From positions 34,038-98,037 of the forward strand of contig QHUM01000038.1 in assembly GCA_003222135.1 (NCBI GenBank): 64,000 bases of DNA, given 5' to 3'. Below are positions 18,357 through 27,121 of this stretch, in pieces (the first letter of the stretch is position 1; each line of letters opens with the position of its first letter). The stretch is from Gemmatimonadota bacterium (GTDB lineage Bacteria > Gemmatimonadota > Gemmatimonadetes > Gemmatimonadales > GWC2-71-9). A program made the position numbers and the translations under genes. Under the pieces are notes generated by a model, which did no database searches, was not told the DNA's origin, and saw nothing but the letters and a program-made list of their open reading frames with translations.

Positions 18357-19475
18357 ATGTGCGAAGGGGCCCGGACCGATGTCGGGCCCCTTTCGCGTTT
18401 CCTGGGCGTCGCAGCGCGCCTGGGGTTCGGGGGGTGGGCGGTGGGCGGGACCGGCTGGGGGGCGGCGGGAGAGGACAGCGAGCGCGCCGCCGCGATCCGG
18501 CACGCGGTCGAGCGCGGGGTCACCTTCTTCGATACGGCACCCACGTACGGCGGAGGCGAGTCCGAGCGGCTGTTGGGTCGCGTGCTCAAGGCCGATCGGG
18601 AGCGCGTCGCGATCGCCACGAAGGTCGGCCCGCGCGACGATCCGCGCGCCTCGCTCGAAGACTCGCTGCGCCGCCTGAACACCGACTACGTCGACCTCGT
18701 CCAGCTGCACGAGACTCTGGACCGCTGGGAGTGGCAGCTCGAAAAGCTCCATGCCCTGCAGCTCGCCGGGAAAGCACTCGCCGTGGGGCTGTGCAACGCC
18801 ACGCACCGGCAGCTCGAGCGGGCGCTTACCCTCGCGCCGCTCGCGACCTATCAGGCCCCGTACAACCTGTTCGACCGGGACGTCGAGGAGCGAACGCTAC
18901 CGCTGTGCCGCGATCGCCGCCTCGCCTTCCTTGCCTACCGACCACTCGCGGCCGGTCTGCTCGGGGGCAAGTACGCGGCGCCGCCGCAGTTCGCCGAGGG
19001 CGACCACCGCCGCCAGATCTACTGGTTCAAGGGGAAGGAGTTCGAGCGGCGCCGCGCCGTGATCGACCGGCTGCGACCCATTGCGCAGGGTCAAGAGATA
19101 TCGCTCATCGCGCTGGCGCTGGGTTGGCTGCGCTCGCAGCCGGGCGTGAGCATCGTCCTGGTCGGAGCCAGGAACGGCGCGCAGGTGGACGAGACCTTCG
19201 TCCCCGACCCCCGACCCCTGACCCCCGAGGTGTGCCGTGCGATCGACGCCATCGTCGCCGACGTCTTCCGCCCCGCACGCTCCACGCCGCAGCTCGGCGA
19301 CGCCGCCCGGACGTGGGGCGAGCGGGAGCGGTTCATCGCTGCGCGGCTCGACGGGACCACGCGCTACGAGGCAATCGCGGCCGAGTGGACGGACACGGGC
19401 GACAAGCCGATGATCGCGGCCCAGGTGAAGGTGTTCGTGGACCAGCTCGTCGAACAGGGACTTGCTGAGGTCTGA
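18357..19475 (+). CDS. aldo/keto reductase with about 65-aa C-terminal PqqD/RRE-like extension
   Basis: GGGAG RBS before ATG 18357. AKR blocks (GVTFFDTAPTYGGGESERLLG, RERVAIATKVG, YVDLVQLHE, LAYRPLAAGLL, SIVLVGARN). The tail (ERFIAARLDGTTRYEAIAAEW...AAQVKVFVDQLVEQGL) resembles the helical half of PqqD-like peptide-binding domains. The upstream part of ORF 18174.. is rejected. Confidence 0.8.
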   Translation: MCEGARTDVGPLSRFLGVAARLGFGGWAVGGTGWGAAGEDSERAAAIRHAVERGVTFFDTAPTYGGGESERLLGRVLKADRERVAIATKVGPRDDPRASLEDSLRRLNTDYVDLVQLHETLDRWEWQLEKLHALQLAGKALAVGLCNATHRQLERALTLAPLATYQAPYNLFDRDVEERTLPLCRDRRLAFLAYRPLAAGLLGGKYAAPPQFAEGDHRRQIYWFKGKEFERRRAVIDRLRPIAQGQEISLIALALGWLRSQPGVSIVLVGARNGAQVDETFVPDPRPLTPEVCRAIDAIVADVFRPARSTPQLGDAARTWGERERFIAARLDGTTRYEAIAAEWTDTGDKPMIAAQVKVFVDQLVEQGLAEV

Positions 19476-19481
19476 GGTCTG

Positions 19482-20270
19482 ATGTCTGGCATCTCGGTTG
19501 GCACCTTTTACAATCCGCACCTCGGAGCGGAGCTCGCGCAGGCCGACGGCATCGACCATCTCGCAATGGCGGACCCGCCGGCGCCGCACGACCCCCACTG
19601 GCCCGCGATCAAGCAGCGCTATACCCTGCTGCTGCACGACTACCTGGGCCAGCTGTCGGAGCCGCTCGACGAGCGCTCCATCGCCCGCGCCCGTTCGCTC
19701 GCCGAGCTGTACCGCACGCCGTGGGTGGCCGAGCATTTCCAGTGCCTCCACACCGAGGACGGCCGCTACAATCTCAATTACGTCTTCCCGCCGCTCTACA
19801 CCGAGGAATTCCTGCAGCGCTTCGTCACCAATGCCAAAGCGCTGCAGGTGCGGCTCGACCAGCCGCTCGTGATGGAGAACATCCCCGGATTCTTCGACGT
19901 CAAGGCGAGCCAGCTGCCCGAGCCGGTGTGGCTGCGGCGCTTCTTCGAGGCGACCGGAGCCGGCTTTCTGCTCGACCTGCCGCACGTCTGGCTCGAGGCG
20001 CACTACCGCGCGGTGAAGCCCGCGGTGTGGCTGGCGGAGTTCCCCCTGGAGCGCGTCGTCGAGCTGCACGTGGCGGGCGTGGTTCAAGACGACGACCTGC
20101 AGGGGCCGTGGATCGCGCCCGCCGCCCCCTCGGACGAGATGCTCGACTTCCTGGCGCTCGCGGTGAGCCGTTGCCCGCGCGCGCAGGCGGTGACGTTCGA
20201 CGCGTTCTCGCCGTCACTCACGCTCGAGGTGCTGCTCTCGAGCGTCGAGCGGATCCGCGCGGCCTTGTGA
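19482..20270 (+). CDS. DUF692 family protein (MbnB/TglH/BufB-like multinuclear non-heme iron oxidase, MNIO)
   Basis: GAGG RBS 5 nt before ATG 19482. Family blocks are collinear with DUF692 proteins as I remember them: WVAEHFQC (FFSEHLSY), VFPPLYTEE (LLPMPFTEE), LVMENIPGFF (ISLENTSYY), FLLDLPHVWLEA (IHLDVNNIYVNA), VVELHVAG (YIHIAGH). Confidence 0.75.
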   Translation: MSGISVGTFYNPHLGAELAQADGIDHLAMADPPAPHDPHWPAIKQRYTLLLHDYLGQLSEPLDERSIARARSLAELYRTPWVAEHFQCLHTEDGRYNLNYVFPPLYTEEFLQRFVTNAKALQVRLDQPLVMENIPGFFDVKASQLPEPVWLRRFFEATGAGFLLDLPHVWLEAHYRAVKPAVWLAEFPLERVVELHVAGVVQDDDLQGPWIAPAAPSDEMLDFLALAVSRCPRAQAVTFDAFSPSLTLEVLLSSVERIRAAL

Positions 20271-21043
20271 GCGACCGCGAGATACAGGATTCCGTCATCC
20301 GGGCGCTCGCGGACGCGCCCTATCGCGCGTCCCCCGCGTGGCGCGGTCTGGCACTCGCCGATCCGACGCGCCTCGAGCGGTTCGCGCGGTTCCTCGCGCG
20401 CCACTTCTATCACGAGCGGCTCGTCCACTTTTTCAAGTACTCGCGTGCCCTGGCGAGGGTCACGGGCCGGCACCCCGAGGCGGTGCTCCAGGGCGGCGGC
20501 TTCGATGCGCTGCTCCCCAAGGCGGTGCTGGGCAGCCGCGACACGGCGCGCGGCGTGGCGGCGCTCGCCGTGCACCACGTCCACAGCGCGAGCGCCTCGC
20601 GTGCGATCCCCTATCTCAGCGACCTGCTCGAGTACGAGCAGGCCATGATGATCGTGGAGGCAGGCCCCCGAGTGTGGCGGGACGACGGCGCAGAACAAGG
20701 AGCCGGGAGCGGGGAGCGGTCCCTTCCGGAGACCGTTCAAGGAACGGTGCTCTTGGATCTCGCCTACGACCTGCCCGCCGTGCTTCCCAAGCTGCTGCAG
20801 CCGTGGACCGAGGTGCCCCCAGCGTCGCCGCGGCGTGTAAAGCTGCTCGTGGCGCGCTCTGCGCATGGCCGCGTCACGGTGGCCCGCGCCGATGCGGCGG
20901 TCGCGAGCGTGGTGGAACTCGCCGACGGGCGGAAGACGCTGCCCGAGCTGGCGCGTGAGGCCGGCTTGCGGACGGCCGACCTGGAGGCGACACTGGCCGG
21001 GCTCGCCGACCTGGGCGCCGTACGGTTCGGGACCGGAAGCTGA
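20267..21043 (+). CDS. MNIO partner protein candidate (DUF2063-like N-domain, PqqD/RRE-like winged-helix C-terminus)
   Basis: GTG 20267 overlaps the DUF692 stop (GTGA). Block IPYLSDLLEYEQAMM resembles the DUF2063 motif PYLADVARLEWA. The C-terminus VVELADGRKTLPELAREAGLRTADLEATLAGLADLG is PqqD-like. Confidence 0.5.
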   Translation: MSDREIQDSVIRALADAPYRASPAWRGLALADPTRLERFARFLARHFYHERLVHFFKYSRALARVTGRHPEAVLQGGGFDALLPKAVLGSRDTARGVAALAVHHVHSASASRAIPYLSDLLEYEQAMMIVEAGPRVWRDDGAEQGAGSGERSLPETVQGTVLLDLAYDLPAVLPKLLQPWTEVPPASPRRVKLLVARSAHGRVTVARADAAVASVVELADGRKTLPELAREAGLRTADLEATLAGLADLGAVRFGTGS

Positions 21044-21057
21044 CGGGAGGTCATCAC

Positions 21058-23265
21058 ATGGCTCGCGCGCTTTCTCGCAGGACGTTCCTCCAGGCCGGTG
21101 CCGCCGTCGGAGGTGGCTTGCTGCTGGGCTTCACGCTACCCGCCCGCGGGCGCGGGCGGGGGCGCGCCGACCGATTTGCCCCCAATGCCTTCATCCGGAT
21201 CGATCGCGACGGCCGGGTGACGTTGATCATGCACAAGGTCGAGATGGGCCAGGGGACGTACACGTCCATGCCGATGCTGCTCGCCGAGGAGCTCGAGGTG
21301 GACTTGGCCCAGGTGCGGCTCGAGCACGCGCCGCCCGACGACGCGCTGTACGCCGAACCGCTGTTCGGTGTCCAGGAAACCGGCGGCTCGACGTCGGTGC
21401 GCGGCAACTTCGAGCCGCTGCGCCGCGCCGGCGCCGCCGCGCGTACGTTGCTGGTGGCCGCCGCGGCGCAAACGTGGCAGGTCGCGGCGACGTCGTGCCG
21501 CGCGGAGCGGGGCGAGGTGATCCATGGGCCCACGGGACGCCGGCTCGGCTACGGCGCGCTCGTGGACAAAGCGGCGACCTTGCCGGTGCCGCCCACCCCG
21601 CCGCTCAAGGACCCCAAGGACTGGACGCTCATCGGCACGCCCGCCAAACGCCTCGACAGCCCCGACAAGGTCAACGGCACCGCGCTGTTCGGGATCGACG
21701 TGCGGCTCCCCGGCATGAAGGTGGCGACGCTGGCAGCGTGTCCCGTGTTCGGTGGCAAGCTGGCGAGCGTCGACGACGCGAAGGCCCGGGCGGTCCCCGG
21801 CGTGCAGCAGGTGGTGCGGCTCGACGACGCCGTGGCCGTGGTCGCCGACCACATGTGGGCGGCGAAGCAGGGCCTCGCGGCGCTCGCCATCCGGTGGGAC
21901 GAGGGCCCGAACGCCCGGCTCGACACCGCCGATATCGTGCAGCAGCTCGCGGCGGCGTCACAGCGGTCGGGAGTGGTCGCGCGCAACGCGGGCGACGCCG
22001 CCCGAGCCATGGCGGGGGCCGCCCGGAAGGTGGAAGCGATCTACGAGCAGCCGTTCCTGGCGCACGCCACGATGGAGCCGGTCAACTGCACGGTCCACGT
22101 CCGGCCGGACGGCTGCGACATCTGGGTGGGGACCCAGGTGCCGACGTTCACGCGCACCGCCGCCGCGCAGCTGACGGGTCTGCCACGCGACCGCGTCCAG
22201 GTGCACAACCATCTCCTGGGCGGCGGATTCGGCCGGCGGCTCGAGGTGGACTTCGTCCGCCGGGCGGTGCGAATCGCGATGCAGGTCACGGGCCCGGTGA
22301 AAGTGGTGTGGACCCGCGAGGAAGACATCCAGCAGGACATGTACCGGCCGTACTACTACGACCGCATCGCCGCCGGCCTGGACGAGCGCGGCCGGCCGGT
22401 CGCCTGGACCCATCGCGTCACCGGCTCGTCGATCATGGCGCGGGTGACGCGCGAACTGTTCCCCAAGACGCTACGCGTCATGCGGGCGGCCGGGCTGCAC
22501 CAGCTCGTCGCGATGGTCAAGGGTCTCGACGTGGACGCGGTGGAAGGCGCGGCGGAGCCGCCGTATACCCTGCCCAACATCCGCGTCGAATACGTGCGTC
22601 AGGAGCCGCCCGGGATCGCGACCGCGTTCTGGCGCGGCGTGGGGCCGACGCACAACATCTTCGTGGTCGAGAGCTTCATCGACGAGCTCGCCGCAGCGAC
22701 GCGACAGGACCCGTTCCAGTACCGCCGCGCGCTGCTCGACCAGGCGCCGCGCGCGAAGGCGGTGCTCGAGCTCGCCGCGCTCCAGGCCGGCTGGGGGCGC
22801 CCGCTCGCGCCGGGAAGCGGGCGCGGGATCTCGCTGCTACACGCCTTTGGGAGCTACCTCGCTCAGGTCGCCGAGGTGTCGGTTTCCAAGCAAGGGGAGG
22901 TCCGGGTCGCGCGGGTCGTCTGCGCGGTGGATTGCGGCATCGTCGTCAACCCCGACACCGTCAAGGCGCAGATCGAGAGCGGGGTCATCTTCGGGATCTC
23001 GGCCGTCTTGTGGGGCGAGATCACCTTCAAGGATGGCCGCGTCGAGCAGCACAATTTCAACGATTACCGGGTGCTGCGCATCAACCAGGCCCCGGTGATC
23101 GAAGTCCATCTCGTGAAGAGCACGGAGGCGCCGGGGGGAATCGGCGAGCCGGGAACGTCGGCCGTGATGCCGGCGGTCGCCAACGCCATCTTCGCGGCGA
23201 CCGGCAAGCGAATCCGCAAACTGCCGGTGAAGGACCAGTTGCGAGAGCCGGCGCCGACTCCCTAG
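21058..23265 (+). CDS. molybdopterin-binding oxidoreductase large subunit (xanthine dehydrogenase family, IorB / membrane-bound aldehyde dehydrogenase-like) with Tat signal
   Basis: GGGAGG RBS. Twin-arginine signal [20 protein letters not shown]. IorB-type blocks ([76 protein letters not shown]). Confidence 0.85.
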   Translation: MARALSRRTFLQAGAAVGGGLLLGFTLPARGRGRGRADRFAPNAFIRIDRDGRVTLIMHKVEMGQGTYTSMPMLLAEELEVDLAQVRLEHAPPDDALYAEPLFGVQETGGSTSVRGNFEPLRRAGAAARTLLVAAAAQTWQVAATSCRAERGEVIHGPTGRRLGYGALVDKAATLPVPPTPPLKDPKDWTLIGTPAKRLDSPDKVNGTALFGIDVRLPGMKVATLAACPVFGGKLASVDDAKARAVPGVQQVVRLDDAVAVVADHMWAAKQGLAALAIRWDEGPNARLDTADIVQQLAAASQRSGVVARNAGDAARAMAGAARKVEAIYEQPFLAHATMEPVNCTVHVRPDGCDIWVGTQVPTFTRTAAAQLTGLPRDRVQVHNHLLGGGFGRRLEVDFVRRAVRIAMQVTGPVKVVWTREEDIQQDMYRPYYYDRIAAGLDERGRPVAWTHRVTGSSIMARVTRELFPKTLRVMRAAGLHQLVAMVKGLDVDAVEGAAEPPYTLPNIRVEYVRQEPPGIATAFWRGVGPTHNIFVVESFIDELAAATRQDPFQYRRALLDQAPRAKAVLELAALQAGWGRPLAPGSGRGISLLHAFGSYLAQVAEVSVSKQGEVRVARVVCAVDCGIVVNPDTVKAQIESGVIFGISAVLWGEITFKDGRVEQHNFNDYRVLRINQAPVIEVHLVKSTEAPGGIGEPGTSAVMPAVANAIFAATGKRIRKLPVKDQLREPAPTP

Positions 23266-24098
23266 ATCTGGGTCTCCGCGGTCGCCAAGGCCGGTGCGGC
23301 GCCGCCGTCCGTTGCGCTCTGACCGATGGTCAACCAGTCGGTGCGCATCCTGTCCCACTCCTGGATCGACAGGCCGTGCCCCTCGAAGAACGAGCGGATG
23401 CGCGCGGCGTTCATCCCCACGATCTCCTCGAGCACCGGTACGAGCACGCTGAGCGCGTCGTCACCGATGATGGTGCGGCGCGCGATCTGGGCGACGAGCT
23501 TCGCGTCGGACGCGGCGATGGTGAAGCCGTCCCGGCGGTTGACGTGTAGCATCACATGGATGTCGGAGCTGCCGTCCCCCACATAGACGATCCGGTCGGA
23601 GCCCACCTGCAGCGCCGCCTGCAGCTCGTCCAGCACGGCCACCTTACCGAACCCGGCGGCGACACGCACGATCGAGCGGATCTCCCCGGACGTGGCGTCG
23701 TAATCGAACCGCGTCCCATAGATGTGGTCGGGCGGGACGATGCCTTCCAAAGCCGACTGAATCACTTCTTCGGGGGCCGCCGAGATCACGTAGAACGCGA
23801 ACCGGTAGCCCTCGATCCCGTCCTGCAGCAGGCGGACGAGGAGCGGAATGTTCTGCTTCAGCCGGATACGCTTCCCGGCCTCTATCAGGTGCTCCCGGCG
23901 CACGGCGCGATAGTCCGGATCGTGCCGCAACAGGTACGCGAGCTCGCCCCCTTGCTGGATGAGGTTGGTACGCGACAATCCGGCGACCTTCTCACGAAAC
24001 CCCGGGATGCCCACGATTTCGGAGAGGATGATCCCCGAATCGTTGAAGCTCAGCGTCTGGTCGAAATCGCTCGCCAGCAGATATTCCTTCGCCATCAT
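23262..24098 (-). CDS. HAD-superfamily hydrolase (subfamily IB, phosphoserine-phosphatase-like)
   Basis: Motif I DFDQT, motif [10 protein letters not shown]. Start at MMAKE (24098) preceded by GAGGAGA. Shares a palindromic CTAG convergent stop with the upstream + gene. Confidence 0.7.
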   Translation of the reverse strand: MMAKEYLLASDFDQTLSFNDSGIILSEIVGIPGFREKVAGLSRTNLIQQGGELAYLLRHDPDYRAVRREHLIEAGKRIRLKQNIPLLVRLLQDGIEGYRFAFYVISAAPEEVIQSALEGIVPPDHIYGTRFDYDATSGEIRSIVRVAAGFGKVAVLDELQAALQVGSDRIVYVGDGSSDIHVMLHVNRRDGFTIAASDAKLVAQIARRTIIGDDALSVLVPVLEEIVGMNAARIRSFFEGHGLSIQEWDRMRTDWLTIGQSATDGGAAPALATAETQI

Positions 24099-24134
24099 CT
24101 TGGTTGTCTCCTCACTCGGACCCCACACACGACG

Positions 24135-24170
24135 ACGCCCCCACGCTTCTACACCGGAGCGTGGGGGCGT
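24135..24170. other. strong GC hairpin (12-15 bp stem) in the 5' region of the HAD gene
   Basis: ACGCCCCCACGC (24135..24146) pairs perfectly with GCGTGGGGGCGT (24159..24170), extendable by 3 bp into the loop. Lies 37 nt upstream of the HAD start on the minus strand and 264 nt downstream of the kinase stop. No U-tract. Confidence 0.4.
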
Positions 24171-24433
24171 TCGCAGCGACGCTGCGGACTGCCGGTCCTG
24201 CTACATCATCCCACGTAATCGAACAGGCAGTGCGCACACGGCGCACTCGCTCTTGTTCGAGCGCGCCTGATTGCACTGTTGCGAGTGGAGCGTGTGCGTC
24301 ATGGGCCCAGGATACCTAGTGCGAGGACGCGCGTCAACCGCCGATCGAGCCGCAGAGCCAATACGAAACACGCTTGTTACGAATTCGGTTCCCTGCGGCG
24401 CGCGGTGAGCACGAAGGGTGACCCCGGTCACCA

Positions 24434-25630
24434 CTATCTTGGCGAGGACTCGAGCAGCAGCCGTACGCGCCCCAGCAGCTCGCTCGCCGTCCAGGGCTTC
24501 GTGACGAACGCGACCGCAGCATCGAGGCCGACGGTTTTGCGGTAGTTCGGTGCGGGAAAGCCGCTCATGAACAGCACCTTGATGGTCGCCGACTCTCGCC
24601 GGATGGATTCGTACAGCTGGAAGCCGCTGAGCTTTGGCATGATCACGTCGGTGAGCACGAGGTGCAGCTCGGCGCGGTGCGCGCGATACGTCGCGAGTCC
24701 TTGCTCGCCATTCATCGCCGCGAGCACGCGGTAGCCGACTTTCTCGAGCAGTCCCTGCGCCACCGAGCGCATGGTGGGGTCGTCCTCCACCAGCAAGATC
24801 GCTTCGCTGCCCCCCGGCAGGTTCTCTTCGGCGGCCTCGAGCGGCATTCGCCGATAGACAGCGGGAAAGTACACCTTCGCCGTCGTCCCCTGACCGGTTT
24901 CGCTGTACAGGTGCACGAACCCTTTGTGTTGCTTGACGAGGCCGTACACCATGGCCATGCCGAGGCCGGTGCCGACCCCCAACGCCTTGGTCGTGAAGAA
25001 CGGCTCGAACACGCGCGCCAGCGTCGCGGCGTTCATTCCCGTGCCGGTGTCGCTGACCGCGACGCTGACGTACGAGCCGGGCTCGATCCACGCGTGCAGC
25101 GGACGGTCTGCCGCGCCGAGGCGCGCCCGCCGGACCTCGACGTGCAGCGTGCCTCCCTTCGGCATGGCGTCTCGCGCGTTGGTGACGAGGTTCATCAGGA
25201 TCTGTCGCACTTCCGCCGGATCGGCTTCGACGACGCCGCCTACGTCGTCCGCTTCGAACTGGATCTCGATGTTGCCCGGAAGGTCGCGGCGCAGCGTGTC
25301 CAGGATCTCCCGTACGTATTCGGTGAGGCTGAGCGGCTGCAGGTCCAGCGCCTTGTGACGGCTGAAGCCGAGGAGCTTGTGGGCCAGCTCCGCGCCGCGC
25401 TGAGCCGTTTCCTTCAGATCGTCGAGGTCACGGTTCGGGGGCGACGACTGGGTGAGCGCGGCGGCCCGCGTCAGAATGGCGCCGAGGAGCTCGCTGAATT
25501 GCTGGGCAATCGCCCCCGTCAGGCGGCCGATCGTCTCCATCTTCTCGGCCTGCAGCAGGGCCCGCTCGCGCGCGCGCTCCCCCCCGACGTCCTCGGCCGC
25601 CATCGCACCCCCTCGAGAGCTTGGAGCCAT
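24434..25630 (-). CDS. hybrid sensor kinase-like protein (DHp + HATPase_c + C-terminal receiver) with degenerate H-box
   Basis: N-box LMNLVTNARDAM, G1 VSDTGTGM, G2 GTGLGMAMV, receiver ILLVEDD...LVLTDVIMPKLSG. At the H-box position the sequence is GAIAQQFSELL, not the AHDFNNLL type. No sensory domain. Confidence 0.75.
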   Translation of the reverse strand: MAPSSRGGAMAAEDVGGERARERALLQAEKMETIGRLTGAIAQQFSELLGAILTRAAALTQSSPPNRDLDDLKETAQRGAELAHKLLGFSRHKALDLQPLSLTEYVREILDTLRRDLPGNIEIQFEADDVGGVVEADPAEVRQILMNLVTNARDAMPKGGTLHVEVRRARLGAADRPLHAWIEPGSYVSVAVSDTGTGMNAATLARVFEPFFTTKALGVGTGLGMAMVYGLVKQHKGFVHLYSETGQGTTAKVYFPAVYRRMPLEAAEENLPGGSEAILLVEDDPTMRSVAQGLLEKVGYRVLAAMNGEQGLATYRAHRAELHLVLTDVIMPKLSGFQLYESIRRESATIKVLFMSGFPAPNYRKTVGLDAAVAFVTKPWTASELLGRVRLLLESSPR

Positions 25631-25735
25631 ATAGCCCGGGCCCCGGGAGGCGTCAAGCGTGGGCCCCACCCGATCCGCGCGCGCGCGCGCGCCACTTGTT
25701 ATGTTGGGTACCTCCTGTGCGCGAGGCGTCTCCCG

Positions 25736-26392
25736 ATGAGTAAGCAGCATCGCCCCTTTCCGCTGACAGGGAGCCCGCTCGTCGCCGCGCTCCTGGTCCT
25801 CTTCATCTTGGCCGGGATCGCCTGCGGGTCACACCGCGTGCTTCTCCCCCCGCGGCTCAATCTGTCGCCGTACGGACAGATCGGACTCGTCACCTTCACA
25901 GCCGAGAATGCGAAGGGCTCGCTGCACGAGTTTGCCACGCAACGGTTCTCGGAGTACGTGCTGGCCGCCCAGACCGGCATCGAGGTGCTGGAGCTCGGCG
26001 CAGCCGACTCGGTGCTGCGACGCACCCACGCCTCGGAGCTTGGTCCTCGGGCGGCGCAGGCGCTCGGAGGGGAGGGCGGCGTTCCGGTCGTGTTCTTCGG
26101 CCACCTCAAGGTTTCTAACGTGAAGCCGAGCGGTAGCCTCGCCGGCCTGAGTCTGCCACGCGTGGAGGCTACGGTCTCGGCGGAGCTCTCGGTGGAGCTG
26201 CTGTCCACCAAGTCCGGCGGCACGCTGTGGCGCTCCAGCGCCGTCGCGAGCGAGAAGGTCGGCGGCCTCGCCCTGGTCGGCGGCGAGCCGGTCTTCTCCG
26301 CCAAGGACCCCAACAGCGCCTACGGGCAGCTCGTCAATCGCCTGGTTTACGCGGTCACCTACGACATGCGCTCGACGTGGGTGAAGCAATAG
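25736..26392 (+). CDS. lipoprotein, unknown function
   Basis: ATG 25736. Lipobox signal LVLFILAGIAC. The upstream 358 codons of ORF 24662.. are antisense to the kinase and rejected. Confidence 0.6.
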   Translation: MSKQHRPFPLTGSPLVAALLVLFILAGIACGSHRVLLPPRLNLSPYGQIGLVTFTAENAKGSLHEFATQRFSEYVLAAQTGIEVLELGAADSVLRRTHASELGPRAAQALGGEGGVPVVFFGHLKVSNVKPSGSLAGLSLPRVEATVSAELSVELLSTKSGGTLWRSSAVASEKVGGLALVGGEPVFSAKDPNSAYGQLVNRLVYAVTYDMRSTWVKQ

Positions 26393-26614
26393 GGGGCCGA
26401 TGAGGAGGACGCGACTTCGGGTTTGACGAGGAAGCTCTTCAGCTCGCTGGCGCGACCTTCGCCGTCCACCTCCGCGTCGGCCCTTCGAGTCGATACCACA
26501 GCCGAATGAGGCTGGCCCGCGGATTGGGTCGGACCTGAAGCATCACGGCCCCGCTCTATCGCGCGAGCGCAGCCGTACCGTATCATCTGTTGCAGTCAGC
26601 CACCGGGACGAGGT

Positions 26615-27103
26615 ATGACGGGCAAGACCGCGGAGAAACTCCGTTCCCTGCTCAAGACCTACGACGAGCGCTCGGCGGCGAGACCGCCGACGGACGTCCG
26701 CACCGCGCCCGACGAAGGGGAGCGACGCAGACGGGCGTGTGGCGACCGTCTCCAGAACGTGGTGCGACCGGTGTTGCAGGGTTTCCTGACGGAGCTCAAG
26801 AGCGCGGGGCACGAGGGATCCATCGAAGACCGGACCGACACAGCCGACGCGTACCCGAGTGTGGGGCTGATGTTCACGCCGCGCGCCGCGGGCGGCGTCG
26901 CCCTCGCCTCGACCCTCGCGTTCCGCTACGATCCGCGGCGCGGCATTGCGGTGGCGCGAGACATCAAACCGTCCGCCACCAAGGGACGGGTGGTCACCAC
27001 CAGCACCGACCGCATCGGAACGATGCGGGTGGAGGCCGTGACGCCCGAGTGGGTGGAGACCAAGACGTTGAGCTTCATCGAAGCGGTGTTGAAGGTGAAC
27101 TGA
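26615..27103 (+). CDS. hypothetical protein
   Basis: 162-aa ORF with high GC3 and a non-repetitive, globular-looking sequence. No family recognised. Confidence 0.45.
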   Translation: MTGKTAEKLRSLLKTYDERSAARPPTDVRTAPDEGERRRRACGDRLQNVVRPVLQGFLTELKSAGHEGSIEDRTDTADAYPSVGLMFTPRAAGGVALASTLAFRYDPRRGIAVARDIKPSATKGRVVTTSTDRIGTMRVEAVTPEWVETKTLSFIEAVLKVN

Positions 27104-27121
27104 CTGCGGATTGGGGAGTCC

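Noticed and set aside
18897-20087. 396-aa antisense ORF across the AKR and DUF692 genes
   Set aside because: It is antisense to two homology-supported genes and has no motifs. Shadow ORF.
20865-23549. 894-aa plus-strand ORF overlapping the partner and molybdopterin genes
   Set aside because: It is an alternative frame of the well-supported IorB-like gene (21058..23265). The product is Arg/Gly/Ala-rich with no motifs.
24662-25735. First 358 codons of the 576-aa plus-strand ORF
   Set aside because: This part is antisense to the hybrid kinase. Only the last 218 codons (from ATG 25736, with a lipobox signal peptide) look like a real gene.
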